A DNA stretch of 64,000 nt from Candidatus Nanopelagicaceae bacterium (lineage in GTDB: Bacteria > Actinomycetota > Actinomycetes > Nanopelagicales > Nanopelagicaceae). The stretch lies in NCBI GenBank assembly GCA_018883365.1, contig VEQF01000001.1, forward strand, positions 27,883-91,882, in the 5' to 3' direction. The number at the start of each line of letters is the position of its first letter. The first letter of the stretch is position 1. Below are positions 27,087 to 37,102 of this stretch, piece by piece. The notes under the pieces are model-generated. The model was given only the letters and a program-made list of their open reading frames with translations, ran no database searches and was not told the origin of the DNA. Made by a program: the position numbers and the translations under genes.

Positions 27087-28705
27087 AGTCCAGCTTCAGT
27101 GAGAAATGGGCTAGGTACTCCAAAGTAACTAAGGACCAGACTCTCCTGAGCTCTTGTTACTCCAACATAAAACAATCTGCGTTCCTCATCAGTCGGCTGG
27201 TTACCCCAAGGCAATACCTCTGAGCTCACGCCAGCTAAGTAAACCTTGCGCCATTCCAGGCCTTTTGCGGCGTGCAAAGTTGCAAGAGCCACCCCTGGCA
27301 GGGTCGGTGGATTGTTCTGTTCAGCTCGATCCTCTAGTTCCCGTAAAAATGCTCGCAAGGAGCTGGTGCCATCATTTTCTAACTCCCGGGCCAGCTGGGT
27401 GAATGCACGGACATACTCACTTTCACCAAAAGGCTTGAGCGCATCGCGTAGATCAGCCAGCCAATCACCTTCCGATAAAACAGAGGCGCTACGAATGGCC
27501 TTAATGATTTCTTTTACCTCTGGGCGGTTAAAGAACCGCTCTGAGCTGCGAATCTGATTTTCAATACCTGATGCGGATAACGTCGATTCGAAAATCTCTA
27601 ACTGCGCATTGGTTCTAGTTAAGACCGCAATTTCATGAGATGCAAAACCATTTGCTAAATCCTGTTTTATTAACTCAGCAACCCCTTGAGCTTCTTTTTC
27701 ACTAGAAGCAAAAGAAATTGCTTGTGGTTTGTCGCCGTGTCCATTAATTGGATCTAGCTCATGACCCAGATTCGCAGTTCGCAAAATAGTATTTGCAGTA
27801 TTAATAATCTCTGGAGTCGAGCGATATCCAGCGCTCAAACGAATTACTTCGGCGGCCGGATACTTATTTGTAAAGTTAAGTAGAAATGCTGGTGTAGCTC
27901 CGGCAAATGAATAGATGGTTTGGGCTGGATCTCCAACTACACAAATATCTTCTCTTTTGCCTAACCAAAGATCTAACAAACGTTGTTGTAGCGGTGAAAC
28001 ATCCTGATATTCATCCACGGTGAAGTAGCGGTATTGATCGCGGACGCGATCTCTAACCTCACGCTCCTCCTCCAACATTCCCACCGTCAAAAGCAGAACA
28101 TCTTCAAAATCAATCGCCCGCTCTTGCTTTTTTAATGACTCATAAGCTTCATAAACTCTTGCGATTTGAGTTGCATCAAATTTGTTGTTGGAAATACGAA
28201 TCGGTCTTGAGTAGTCATCAACCGCTTTGATGTATTCATCTGGCGCTAGTCCAATAACCTTTGCCCACTCAATCTCACCTGCAACATCACGCAGAACTGA
28301 GTTGCTTTTTGTAGCGCTGATATTGGCCCGATTGATCGCCTCGCCAATAAATCCCGTTTTAGTTGTGAGTAATGAGGGGAATCGACCACCTAAGACTTGG
28401 GGCCAGAAAAACATAAGCTGTTTCAAAGCGGCAGCATGGAAGGTACGAGCGGCAACATTTGGAACGCCTAAGGCTCGCAGTCGGGTGCGCATTTCCCCAG
28501 CAGCTCTTGCGGTGAAGGTCAGAGCCAAAATTCGCTGTGGATCAATTACTCCGATATCTACCGCGTATGCCAAACGGTGGGTGATGGCGCGGGTTTTTCC
28601 AGTGCCGGCGCCGGCAATTACACAGACCGGACCACGAACCGCGGTTGCAACTGCCCGCTGATCATCATCAAGTGCGGCAAGAATTTCCTCTGCTAACTGC
28701 GCCAT
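27083..28705 (-). CDS. uvrD2: ATP-dependent DNA helicase UvrD2-like (SF1), lacking a C-terminal HRDC/Cys4 extension
   Basis: AGAGTGKT Walker A, DEYQD, and VGVTRAQESL motif VI near the C-terminus. The start is placed at the ATG at 28705 (MAQLAEEILAALDDDQR). It occupies the position of Rv3198c. Confidence 0.88.
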   Translation of the reverse strand: MAQLAEEILAALDDDQRAVATAVRGPVCVIAGAGTGKTRAITHRLAYAVDIGVIDPQRILALTFTARAAGEMRTRLRALGVPNVAARTFHAAALKQLMFFWPQVLGGRFPSLLTTKTGFIGEAINRANISATKSNSVLRDVAGEIEWAKVIGLAPDEYIKAVDDYSRPIRISNNKFDATQIARVYEAYESLKKQERAIDFEDVLLLTVGMLEEEREVRDRVRDQYRYFTVDEYQDVSPLQQRLLDLWLGKREDICVVGDPAQTIYSFAGATPAFLLNFTNKYPAAEVIRLSAGYRSTPEIINTANTILRTANLGHELDPINGHGDKPQAISFASSEKEAQGVAELIKQDLANGFASHEIAVLTRTNAQLEIFESTLSASGIENQIRSSERFFNRPEVKEIIKAIRSASVLSEGDWLADLRDALKPFGESEYVRAFTQLARELENDGTSSLRAFLRELEDRAEQNNPPTLPGVALATLHAAKGLEWRKVYLAGVSSEVLPWGNQPTDEERRLFYVGVTRAQESLVLSYFGVPSPFLTEAGL

Positions 28706-29595
28706 GCTTCGCCGCCAGATAAATCTTGTTTTGCAGTCGGGCCATACCAATTATTGATCATTGCTCGGGCAACTGAAATCAGTGGTGGCATCAACAGTTC
28801 GCCAGTTGAACTTTTTTGCTTTAACTCTTCTCGAGTCAGCCAAACAATCTCTTCAATCTCTTCGCCATCTGCTTTAACGGTTTGCGGATTGGTTATTACC
28901 GCTTCATAAGCAATCATGATGGAGGCTGGAAATGGCCAAGGCTGAGAACCTAGATACCTCATCTCGGAAACAACTCCGCCGCACTCCTCTAGAACCTCAC
29001 GGGATACACAACTTTCAAATGATTCGCCCGGCTCAACAAATCCGGCAAAAGTTGAGAATCTCTTTGCGGGCCAAATCTTCTGTCGGCCCAAGAGGATTCG
29101 ATCTGCTTCATCTTTTACCAAAACAATAATTGCCGGATCAGTACGTGGATGATGAGATGCTGCGCAAGAATCACATTCCCGCACCGCACCCGCCATAGTC
29201 ACATGAGTTGAATCGCCACATTTCGCACAACGTTGATGGGCTTCATGCCACTGGGTTAACGCAAGGGCATGAACCGCAGCCCCAATCTGTAAATCATCTA
29301 ATTGAGCACCGATAGTACGAAGAGATTTAAACTCCTCTGGAAATTCATTTTCATGAAACTTGTTATGGCAGACAAAAAAAGGTTTTCCGGTTTCATCCAG
29401 ACCAAGAAAATACCGTTCTCCTCTTGCCTCGGAGGGTGCCAAATATTTGAGTGAGTCACCTTCAGTTAGAAAGCGATCTCCCAGCATTTCAATAATCCCT
29501 GCACGCTGCCAAAGTTCATCCAATGCGCTTTGATCTGCCCGCAAATGAGCGGCGCGATCTAACTTTGAGCGAGAAAGCGGCAGATTCAGAAGCAT
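28693..29595 (-). CDS. nudC: NAD+ diphosphatase (Nudix) NudC
   Basis: Zinc-ribbon Cys residues (CAKCG...CDSC) followed by the Nudix box GFVEPGESFESCVSREVLEECG. Confidence 0.88.
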   Translation of the reverse strand: MLLNLPLSRSKLDRAAHLRADQSALDELWQRAGIIEMLGDRFLTEGDSLKYLAPSEARGERYFLGLDETGKPFFVCHNKFHENEFPEEFKSLRTIGAQLDDLQIGAAVHALALTQWHEAHQRCAKCGDSTHVTMAGAVRECDSCAASHHPRTDPAIIVLVKDEADRILLGRQKIWPAKRFSTFAGFVEPGESFESCVSREVLEECGGVVSEMRYLGSQPWPFPASIMIAYEAVITNPQTVKADGEEIEEIVWLTREELKQKSSTGELLMPPLISVARAMINNWYGPTAKQDLSGGEAWRS

Positions 29596-29634
29596 GGGGC
29601 GACCTTACTAGCCTTACCAGCTAGCCTCTACTTC

Positions 29635-30441
29635 ATGGCTATTCCTGCAGGTTTCACCGTTACCTCATGGAATCTTTTGCATGGAATGGCAATACCGCCC
29701 ACATCAAACTCCAACTTTCACAGCGCATTAGTTCAATTACATGACTCGATTGATTTTGATGTCATCGCTTTACAGGAAGTTGATGTTCAACAAACGCGAT
29801 CCGGAAATGGAAATCAAGTAAAAGAGGTTGCAGATTTAATTGGTGCGAAGTATTGGGCATTTGCTCCCTCTATGTATGGAACGCCTGGCGAAAAGTGGCA
29901 CGGCGTTAAAGATGCCATGGTTTTTGATGAGAAATCATCACTTCCAAATGATGCGATGTATGGAATAGGAATAGTTTCTAAAGTGCCGGTAAAGCGTTGG
30001 CATCGCATCAACCTTGGTAAAGCACCTCTTGGTATGCCGCTTTTGGTGGCCGGGGAAAAACGGCCACAGTTTATTTACGTTTCAGATGAACCAAGATCTG
30101 CTTTGGTAGCAGAGTTGGAAAATGGAATCTCAGTAACAACAACCCATCTTTCTTTTGTGCCGATCAAGAACGCACTTCAACTTCGAAAGATTAGTAAATG
30201 GGTAGAGCAACTACCAGGAATTCACATCATGACCGGAGATTTCAATCTGCCATGGGGACTCGGTCCAAAGATTTCTGGTTGGCATGATTTAGCGGTTGGC
30301 CCTACCTATCCATCCTGGAAACCCTCAATCGAGTTTGATTACATAATGAGTAAAGAGTTAACGCCGAAGGATGTTAAATCCCAGATCCATGAACATTACG
30401 GAGTCAGTGACCACAGAGCGATTTCTGTGACTTTGCTTTAA
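29635..30441 (+). CDS. Endonuclease/exonuclease/phosphatase (EEP) family protein
   Basis: N-terminal SWNLLHG, IALQEV, and C-terminal SDHRAISV, which are typical EEP catalytic motifs. Confidence 0.8.
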   Translation: MAIPAGFTVTSWNLLHGMAIPPTSNSNFHSALVQLHDSIDFDVIALQEVDVQQTRSGNGNQVKEVADLIGAKYWAFAPSMYGTPGEKWHGVKDAMVFDEKSSLPNDAMYGIGIVSKVPVKRWHRINLGKAPLGMPLLVAGEKRPQFIYVSDEPRSALVAELENGISVTTTHLSFVPIKNALQLRKISKWVEQLPGIHIMTGDFNLPWGLGPKISGWHDLAVGPTYPSWKPSIEFDYIMSKELTPKDVKSQIHEHYGVSDHRAISVTLL

Positions 30442-30980
30442 GCGACATCAACTTTTCGGCTAAGACTTTCCTTATGGGTGTTGAAAACACTCAACAACTC
30501 ATTGCGCTTTGAATCCGGCATAGTGAAACCTGCTGCGTAAGCAGACCAGGCTTTTAGCTGATTTAAGTTGGTGCAGCCATGGAGCCTGGAAATCAGCGTC
30601 TCCCAATCACTTTTAGTGATCGGTTTGCGGGAATTAACCCTGGCTACCTTGGTCATCTCTTCTCGACTAGGACGTTTTCCTTTTGTAGCAAAGCCAAGAT
30701 TTGCGAGGCATCTTCCAATACTTGAGGTTTCACAGTTTTCGCTAGCGTTGGAGCGATTAACCGGCGAGCTACCTTCAATCTCGGTAGCAAAGCCGGTTGA
30801 TTGCGGACGGATATCCTCAGAGTTTGTGTAAGCCTCGGTGCGACAGATCCATTCAATTCTGCCATCTGGTCTTTCAGTACGTTGTAAATCGGTAAGCAAT
30901 CTTCCTTGCGGATACTTCTGCCAAAAGGCACGGATACGATTTTCAACTGGTTCGTAATCATTCAAATTGAAATAACTCAT
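30438..30980 (-). CDS. Phage-like protein, possible Rad52/Sak-type single-strand annealing fold
   Basis: 180 aa. The segment SNASENCETSSIGRCLANLGF resembles the helix-hairpin segment (..A.SDA.KRA...LG.G) that follows the beta-sheet in Rad52-like annealases. The function is an inference only. The start shares 1 nt with the upstream gene's stop (TAATG). Confidence 0.45.
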   Translation of the reverse strand: MSYFNLNDYEPVENRIRAFWQKYPQGRLLTDLQRTERPDGRIEWICRTEAYTNSEDIRPQSTGFATEIEGSSPVNRSNASENCETSSIGRCLANLGFATKGKRPSREEMTKVARVNSRKPITKSDWETLISRLHGCTNLNQLKAWSAYAAGFTMPDSKRNELLSVFNTHKESLSRKVDVA

Positions 30981-31477
30981 TACTGACCCACCGCCATCTT
31001 TAGCTCTTCAGCCATTACTGCAGTTGGAGTTAAGGTTCCGGCACGGAGCGCTTCAGTCAAAACCTCTCGCCCGCCATTTAAGAAACGGGTAGCGATATAG
31101 GAATCTCTGGAGTTAAAGGTTATGAAATCTAAAACCTCTCCAGTTCTTTTGTAGATTGCTTTGCCATCAACATTTTGAATTGATTCCATTACATGCTTTC
31201 GGAAGGATTCACGAACTGATTCCACAATCTCAAACTCGTAGTTATCTTTTACCCAATCAACAAAAGCTTTTTCATTTAATACCTCTGGAGAAACCCGCGG
31301 TTGAATCAGTGAAACCTTGGCTATCTCCTCGCCCTCTAATGCGGCTTTAGCGGAATCGGCGCCCACCTCTTCAAGAGCAGCAGCAAACTCACGTCTCAAT
31401 CGATCCTTTGCCTCTTTTGCGGCATCAGCGATTAAAGTAATTGCTGAGAGTTGGAAAGCTAGCTCTCTTAGATTCAT
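30980..31477 (-). CDS. Phage-like coiled-coil protein (Mu Gam / Siphovirus Gp157-like architecture)
   Basis: AGGAGGGG lies 7 nt upstream of the ATG at 31477. An N-terminal amphipathic coiled coil (LIADAAKEAKDRLRREFAAALEE) is followed by a beta-rich segment (IAKVSLIQPRVSPEVLNEKAFVDWVKDN). The family assignment is tentative. Confidence 0.45.
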   Translation of the reverse strand: MNLRELAFQLSAITLIADAAKEAKDRLRREFAAALEEVGADSAKAALEGEEIAKVSLIQPRVSPEVLNEKAFVDWVKDNYEFEIVESVRESFRKHVMESIQNVDGKAIYKRTGEVLDFITFNSRDSYIATRFLNGGREVLTEALRAGTLTPTAVMAEELKMAVGQ

Positions 31478-31594
31478 GGTTGGCACCCCTCCTGCATCGG
31501 TATTTCTTGATGCAGGTGAGTACACAACTGACCACTGACAAAACCGCCTTTTATGCGGCAAAACAGCGTGTCTTAAGGTTTCTAGCCTTCTTGG

Positions 31595-33496
31595 TTAGCC
31601 CTCTTGATTGGCCTTCTTGGCCTTTGAGGTCATACGCGAACGCTCATTCTGATCAAGAATTACCTTGCGGATTCGTACATTGACCGGGGTTACCTCAACG
31701 CACTCATCTTCACGGCAGTATTCAAGCGCCTGCTCCAAGTTAAGGATTTTTGGTGGAATCAATCGCTCATTTTCATCTGAACCAGAGGCACGCATGTTAG
31801 TGAGCTTCTTCTCGCGAACAATATTTACATCCATATCCTCTGGACGAGAGTTTTCGCCAATAACCATTCCCTCATAAACATCAGCACCAACTTCAGAGAA
31901 GATTGTGCCGCGCTCTTGCAAGCCGAAGATTGCATAAGAGGTTGCGGTACCTGCACGGTCTGAAACCAATGAACCGGTGTTACGAGTGCGAAGCTCTCCA
32001 CTCCATGGTTCGTAACCATCAAAGACGTGGTGCAAGAGACCGGTTCCACGGGTTTCAGTTAAGAACTCGGTACGGAAACCAATTAAGCCACGAGATGGAA
32101 CTTTGAAATCCATTCGAATCCAACCAGTTCCGTGGTTAACCATTTGTTCCATACGGCCTTTACGTAGCGCCATTAACTGGGTGATGACACCTAAATACTC
32201 CTCAGGTGCATCAATTGTTAAACGCTCCATAGGTTCATTTAGTTTTCCATCAATCATCTTGGTAACAACCTGTGGCTTACCAACTGTTAGTTCAAAACCT
32301 TCGCGGCGCATCATTTCAACTAGAACAGCGAGTTGCAGTTCGCCTCGTCCTTGAACCTCCCATGTATCTGGGCGATCAGTATTTAGTACGCGCAATGAAA
32401 CGTTACCGATTAGCTCTGAATCAAGACGGTTCTTAACTAAACGTGCGGTCAACTTCTTGCCAACTCGACCCGCAAGTGGCGAAGTATTAATACCGATAGT
32501 CATCGAAATACTTGGTTCATCAACGGTGATTAATGGCAGCGGGTGTGGATTTTCTGCATCTGCCAAGGTCTCACCCAAAGTGATGGTTTCGATACCTGCG
32601 ACCGCAATGATGTCTCCAGGGCCGGCCTCTGTTGCTGGGACTCGCTCTAGACCCTCAGTAATCATCAACTCTGAGATTTTTACCTTCTCTTGAGTTCCAT
32701 CGGTCTTGATCCAAGCAACCATCTGACCTTTTTTGATTACACCTTCATGTACGCGACATAGAGCCAATCGACCCAAATAAGGTGATGAATCTAGGTTGGT
32801 GACATGTGCCTGTAGTGGTGCGCCCTCGTGATACTTAGGTGCTGGAATAGTTTTGAAAATAACATCAAAAAGCACATCCAAGTTTTCCGCATCAGGCATT
32901 CCGCCATCGACTGGACGATTTAGTGATGCGCGTCCGGCTTTTGCAGAGGTGTAGACAATTGGAAAATCAATTTGATCCTCTGTCGCATCAAGATCTAGGA
33001 ACAATCCATAAGCCTCATCGACAACAGCTGCGATACGAGCATCGGGACGATCGACCTTGTTGATAATCAAAATAACGGGAAGATTCTTTTGTAGCGCTTT
33101 ACGCAAAACGAATCGAGTTTGTGGCAATGGTCCTTCTGATGCATCAACTAGCAATGCAACGCCATCAACCATCTCTAAACCGCGTTCTACTTCACCACCA
33201 AAATCTGCGTGGCCCGGAGTATCAATGATGTTAACGATTGTGTTACCACGCTTAACTGCGGTGTTCTTGGCCAGAATTGTGATGCCTTTTTCCCGCTCGA
33301 GATCCATCGAGTCCATAACGCGGTCTTGGGATTCTGATTGATCTTTGTGGGCAGCAAAAGCACCTGATTGCCACAACATGGCATCAACCAAGGTGGTCTT
33401 TCCATGGTCAACGTGGGCGATGATTGCGATGTTACGAAGCTCTTCGCGACTTTTCAGCGCTAAGCCTTCTAGATGTGGTTGTTTTGACTTAGACAT
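31595..33496 (-). CDS. typA: Translational GTPase TypA/BipA
   Basis: RNIAIIAHVDHGKTTLVD, DTPGHADFGGEVER and NKVD motifs, 633 aa. Confidence 0.95.
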   Translation of the reverse strand: MSKSKQPHLEGLALKSREELRNIAIIAHVDHGKTTLVDAMLWQSGAFAAHKDQSESQDRVMDSMDLEREKGITILAKNTAVKRGNTIVNIIDTPGHADFGGEVERGLEMVDGVALLVDASEGPLPQTRFVLRKALQKNLPVILIINKVDRPDARIAAVVDEAYGLFLDLDATEDQIDFPIVYTSAKAGRASLNRPVDGGMPDAENLDVLFDVIFKTIPAPKYHEGAPLQAHVTNLDSSPYLGRLALCRVHEGVIKKGQMVAWIKTDGTQEKVKISELMITEGLERVPATEAGPGDIIAVAGIETITLGETLADAENPHPLPLITVDEPSISMTIGINTSPLAGRVGKKLTARLVKNRLDSELIGNVSLRVLNTDRPDTWEVQGRGELQLAVLVEMMRREGFELTVGKPQVVTKMIDGKLNEPMERLTIDAPEEYLGVITQLMALRKGRMEQMVNHGTGWIRMDFKVPSRGLIGFRTEFLTETRGTGLLHHVFDGYEPWSGELRTRNTGSLVSDRAGTATSYAIFGLQERGTIFSEVGADVYEGMVIGENSRPEDMDVNIVREKKLTNMRASGSDENERLIPPKILNLEQALEYCREDECVEVTPVNVRIRKVILDQNERSRMTSKAKKANQEG

Positions 33497-34562
33497 TGAA
33501 CCTGAACTCCACTACATCTCCATCACGCATAACGTACTCCTTGCCTTCCATTCGGACCTTCCCTTTTGCTCTGGCTTCATTCATCGAACCCGCAGCAACG
33601 AGATCATCAAATGAAATTATTTCGGCTTTGATAAAACCTTTTTGAAAATCGGTGTGAATAACGCCAGCGGCTTCCGGAGCTGTATCACCTTTGTGAATCG
33701 TCCAAGCTCTCGCCTCTTTTGGTCCAGCGGTCAAATAAGTTTGTAAACCTAATGTTGTGAAACCGACTCTTGCTAAAGTACTAAGACCTGGCTCTTCCAA
33801 TCCAATTGATTTCAAAAGCTCTAAAGCTTCAGCATCTTCTAGTTCGGAGAGTTCGGCCTCGGTTTTTGCATCTAACAAAATCGCCTCGGCTGGCGCCACC
33901 AAATCGGACAACCTCTGTCGCAGCGATGGATCTGCTAACTCAGCGGCATCAACATTGAAAACATATAGAAATGGTTTAGCGGTGAGAAGACCCAACTCTT
34001 TGATTAAAGCTAAATCAACATCGGATTGTGACAACAGCTTTCCATCAGCAATAACTTTTTCTGCAGCCTTAACCGCATCAAGTACCGCGGCACGCTCTTT
34101 GTTTTGGCGGGCCTCTTTTTCAATTCTTGGAATCGCTTTTTCAATAGTTTGAAGATCTGCAAGCTGAAGTTCGGTGTTGATGGTTTCAATATCGCTAGCC
34201 GGATCAACCCGTCCATCAACATGTACGACATCGCCATCACTGAAAACTCGAATTACCTGGCAGATTGCATCGCTTTCGCGGATATTGGCTAGGAACTTGT
34301 TACCAAGACCTGCGCCCTCTGATGCGCCTTTAACAATTCCAGCGATATCAACAAAGGAAACTGCGGCTGGGATGATTTTTTCGGAACCGAAAATCTCGGC
34401 CAACTTAGCCAATCTGGGATCTGGCACTCCCACAACGCCTACATTGGGTTCAATGGTGGCAAAGGGATAGTTGGCTGCCAGAACGTTGTTCTTGGTCAGA
34501 GCGTTAAAGAGGGTGGATTTTCCGACATTGGGAAGTCCAACAATTCCAATAGAGAGGCTCAC
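33489..34562 (-). CDS. ychF: Redox-regulated ribosome-binding ATPase YchF
   Basis: [18 protein letters not shown] and a C-terminal TGS-like domain ([25 protein letters not shown]), 357 aa. Confidence 0.95.
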   Translation of the reverse strand: MSLSIGIVGLPNVGKSTLFNALTKNNVLAANYPFATIEPNVGVVGVPDPRLAKLAEIFGSEKIIPAAVSFVDIAGIVKGASEGAGLGNKFLANIRESDAICQVIRVFSDGDVVHVDGRVDPASDIETINTELQLADLQTIEKAIPRIEKEARQNKERAAVLDAVKAAEKVIADGKLLSQSDVDLALIKELGLLTAKPFLYVFNVDAAELADPSLRQRLSDLVAPAEAILLDAKTEAELSELEDAEALELLKSIGLEEPGLSTLARVGFTTLGLQTYLTAGPKEARAWTIHKGDTAPEAAGVIHTDFQKGFIKAEIISFDDLVAAGSMNEARAKGKVRMEGKEYVMRDGDVVEFRFNV

Positions 34563-34613
34563 AAGGAGTAGAGCCTAACCGTGATTGTCAGTGCTTCCTG
34601 CCACGATAAGGGC

Positions 34614-35765
34614 ATGAACGGTGCGTTGTATCTCATCATCGGCCTTTTGCTTGGCCTAGTAGCAGGTCTAGTAATAGGCGCGATCCGCCTCAATAGCGAA
34701 AAAGGCAAGGTTGCTCTGCTTAACTCACAAATCGAGGTCATGCGCGAGGAAGAAAACCGACTAACCACTCTTAATGAACAGCTCCGCGCCGTAACCACTG
34801 GAATGGCTCAACTGAGCACTCAAGCCCAAGAGGCGGAGTTAAAACGCACCCGTGCTGAATCTGAAATGCGCACCCAGATTGAGAATATGAAACTTGGAAA
34901 TGAGACGCTACTTCGCGAAACCACAAAGTTAGCTGGAGCGCTCTCAAACTCTCAAACCCGCGGTAAATATGGTGAAGCACAACTTGAAACATTATTAGAG
35001 AACGCCGGCTTACTTGAGAATGTTCATTTCTTTAAACAGGATTACCGCACTACTGGGACTGAGATTTCAAAGCCCGATATAAAGATTGCAGTTCCTGGTG
35101 GCAGTGAAATATTTATCGACTCCAAGTTTCCCTTTGATCGCTTTTTGGAGGCGGTAGTTGAAAAGGATCCGCAGGAGCGATCCCGATTAATGCAGCTACA
35201 TGCCAAGGATCTTTTGGGCCATGTAAATGCTTTGGCGAAAAGGGGCTATCAAGAAACCGGAAACTCCCCTGATTATGTTGTGCTTTTCGCCCCCTTTGAA
35301 TCAATTCTGAGCGAGGCTTTAGATGTAGAGCCGCAGTTGCTTCACAAAGCATTTGAAAAAAATGTAACTATCGCGACCCCAACCACGATGATGGCTTTGT
35401 TGCGCACCGTGGCATATGTATTTGGCCGCTCCGAATTGGCACGAAATGCACAGGAGATTCAAGATCTCGCCGGTGAGCTACTAAAGCGAATCGGAAAGGT
35501 CCACAGCAAAATTGAAACTCTAGGTGATCGCATTAAATCTACAGAGCGCGCCTTTAATGATTTGATCAAGAGCGCTGAAGAAAATGTAATTAAGCCGGCA
35601 CGCAAGATGGTTAAGTTAGGTGCCCCATCAGCCAGTAAGTTAAAGGCTTTGGAGGATGTTGATGATGAGGTTCGCCAAATCTCACCAAAACAACTCACCG
35701 CCCAAGAGTTATTTGATAGCGATGATGATTTAGATGAAGGAGATACTGATGGCAACTCCAATTAA
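34614..35765 (+). CDS. rmuC: DNA recombination protein RmuC
   Basis: N-terminal TM helix, a long coiled coil, and the RmuC nuclease-like core (PDIKIAVPGGSEIFIDSKFP ... YVVLFAPFESI). I chose the ATG at 34614 over the GTG at 34581. Confidence 0.88.
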   Translation: MNGALYLIIGLLLGLVAGLVIGAIRLNSEKGKVALLNSQIEVMREEENRLTTLNEQLRAVTTGMAQLSTQAQEAELKRTRAESEMRTQIENMKLGNETLLRETTKLAGALSNSQTRGKYGEAQLETLLENAGLLENVHFFKQDYRTTGTEISKPDIKIAVPGGSEIFIDSKFPFDRFLEAVVEKDPQERSRLMQLHAKDLLGHVNALAKRGYQETGNSPDYVVLFAPFESILSEALDVEPQLLHKAFEKNVTIATPTTMMALLRTVAYVFGRSELARNAQEIQDLAGELLKRIGKVHSKIETLGDRIKSTERAFNDLIKSAEENVIKPARKMVKLGAPSASKLKALEDVDDEVRQISPKQLTAQELFDSDDDLDEGDTDGNSN

Positions 35766-36144
35766 AGGTGCTGGCTTAACAAAGCCAGGGGTAGTCATAC
35801 TTCAATTCATTTTTCTCGCCTTTGTTGCGATGATTGAGATCTTCTTCCGTTCAAATGTGGGTTTTCTAACCGGATTTGCGATTTGGGCCTGTTACTACGG
35901 GGGACTCACCTATGGAAGAGCTGGAACTACATATGTCGCAGTTGTTAACCCGCCAATTGCATTTGGTTTAGCGGTAATTCTTTTACTTCCTACCGTTGGA
36001 GGACTTTCACTAAGCATCACTAGGTTAGGTGTTGATCTAATCTCTGGCCTCGCTAGCGTTGCGCCATTTTTACTTACCGGTGCTTTGTATGGATGGTGGA
36101 GCTACTTCAAAGAAAATAAAGTATTACTTACCCGCAGCGCGTAA
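35749..36144 (+). CDS. Hypothetical 4-TM membrane protein
   Basis: AAGGAG lies 6 nt upstream of the ATG at 35749. The ORF is hydrophobic. It overlaps the rmuC end, and overlaps the ispH end convergently. Confidence 0.5.
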   Translation: MATPIKGAGLTKPGVVILQFIFLAFVAMIEIFFRSNVGFLTGFAIWACYYGGLTYGRAGTTYVAVVNPPIAFGLAVILLLPTVGGLSLSITRLGVDLISGLASVAPFLLTGALYGWWSYFKENKVLLTRSA

Positions 36145-37077
36145 ATCTTTACGAAGCTCAGGTGGAATAGCAAAAAGTAGATGCTCCTCTGATGCGGTAA
36201 TTGTCTCCACATCTCCGTATCCACGATTAGCTAACTCAGTTAATAAATCCTTAACCAAGATTTCGGGAACTGATGCACCGCTAGAGACTCCAATGGTTTC
36301 TACCCCTTCAAACCACTCATCTTTTACCTCGCTGGCATAATCAATTAAGTAACCAGATTTCGCGCCATACTCCAAGGCAACCTCAACCAAGCGAACTGAG
36401 TTTGATGAGTTTCTAGAACCAACTACCAGAATCAAATCAGCTTCTGGTGCAATCTGCTTGATCGCTACCTGACGGTTTTGGGTCGCATAACAGATGTCAT
36501 CAGATGGCGGATCCTGAAGTTGCGGGAAACGCTGCTTCAAAATTCCTACCGTCTCTAAAGTTTCATCAACGCTCAAAGTGGTTTGAGATAACCAGGCAAC
36601 TGGGCGATTTGGATCGATCTCAACATTGCGGGCACCATCTAATCCATCAATTAACTTGACATGATCTGGAGCTTCGCCAGCGGTTCCTTCAACCTCTTCA
36701 TGGCCCTCATGACCAATCAGCAAAATTTGTAAATCATCAGCGGCAAAACGTCGGGCCTCTTGGTGAACCTTAGTTACCAGCGGACAGGTTGCATCAATGG
36801 TTTTTAAGTTTCGAGCAGCCGCCTCTTGGTGCACCTTTGGCGAAACACCATGTGCGGAAAAGATGACAATCGCACCCTCTGGAACTTGATCAGTTTCATC
36901 AACAAAGATTGCGCCCTTTTTCTCAAGGGAGGAGACGACATGAACGTTGTGAACAATCTGCTTTCGGACATAAACCGGAGCGCCGTATAGATCGAGTGCT
37001 TTTTCCACGGTAATAACCGCTCTATCAACGCCAGCGCAATATCCGCGCGGCGCCGCCAACAACACTCGTTTAGCCAT
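36124..37077 (-). CDS. ispH: 4-hydroxy-3-methylbut-2-enyl diphosphate reductase
   Basis: [33 protein letters not shown] and the SSNS motif, 317 aa. Confidence 0.95.
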   Translation of the reverse strand: MAKRVLLAAPRGYCAGVDRAVITVEKALDLYGAPVYVRKQIVHNVHVVSSLEKKGAIFVDETDQVPEGAIVIFSAHGVSPKVHQEAAARNLKTIDATCPLVTKVHQEARRFAADDLQILLIGHEGHEEVEGTAGEAPDHVKLIDGLDGARNVEIDPNRPVAWLSQTTLSVDETLETVGILKQRFPQLQDPPSDDICYATQNRQVAIKQIAPEADLILVVGSRNSSNSVRLVEVALEYGAKSGYLIDYASEVKDEWFEGVETIGVSSGASVPEILVKDLLTELANRGYGDVETITASEEHLLFAIPPELRKDLRAAGK

Positions 37078-37102
37078 GCACGCATCCTATTAGCATTACG
37101 CC

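Noticed and set aside
28227-28661. A 144-aa plus-strand ORF antisense to uvrD2. Similar cases are 41708..42151 antisense to phoH2, 45503..45934 antisense to the ABC-2 permease, 10782..11159 antisense to aroA, and 33757..34152 antisense to ychF.
   Set aside because: All are embedded antisense in strongly supported conserved genes, have Ala/Arg/Ser/Pro-rich shadow composition, and have no ribosome-binding sites.
31584-31620. A 10-nt direct repeat, GCCTTCTTGG, 27 nt apart near the typA stop, considered as a possible att-like scar for the phage-like cassette.
   Set aside because: One copy lies inside the typA C-terminal coding sequence (Lys/Ala-rich tail). There is no matching copy at the other end of the cassette near 30438.
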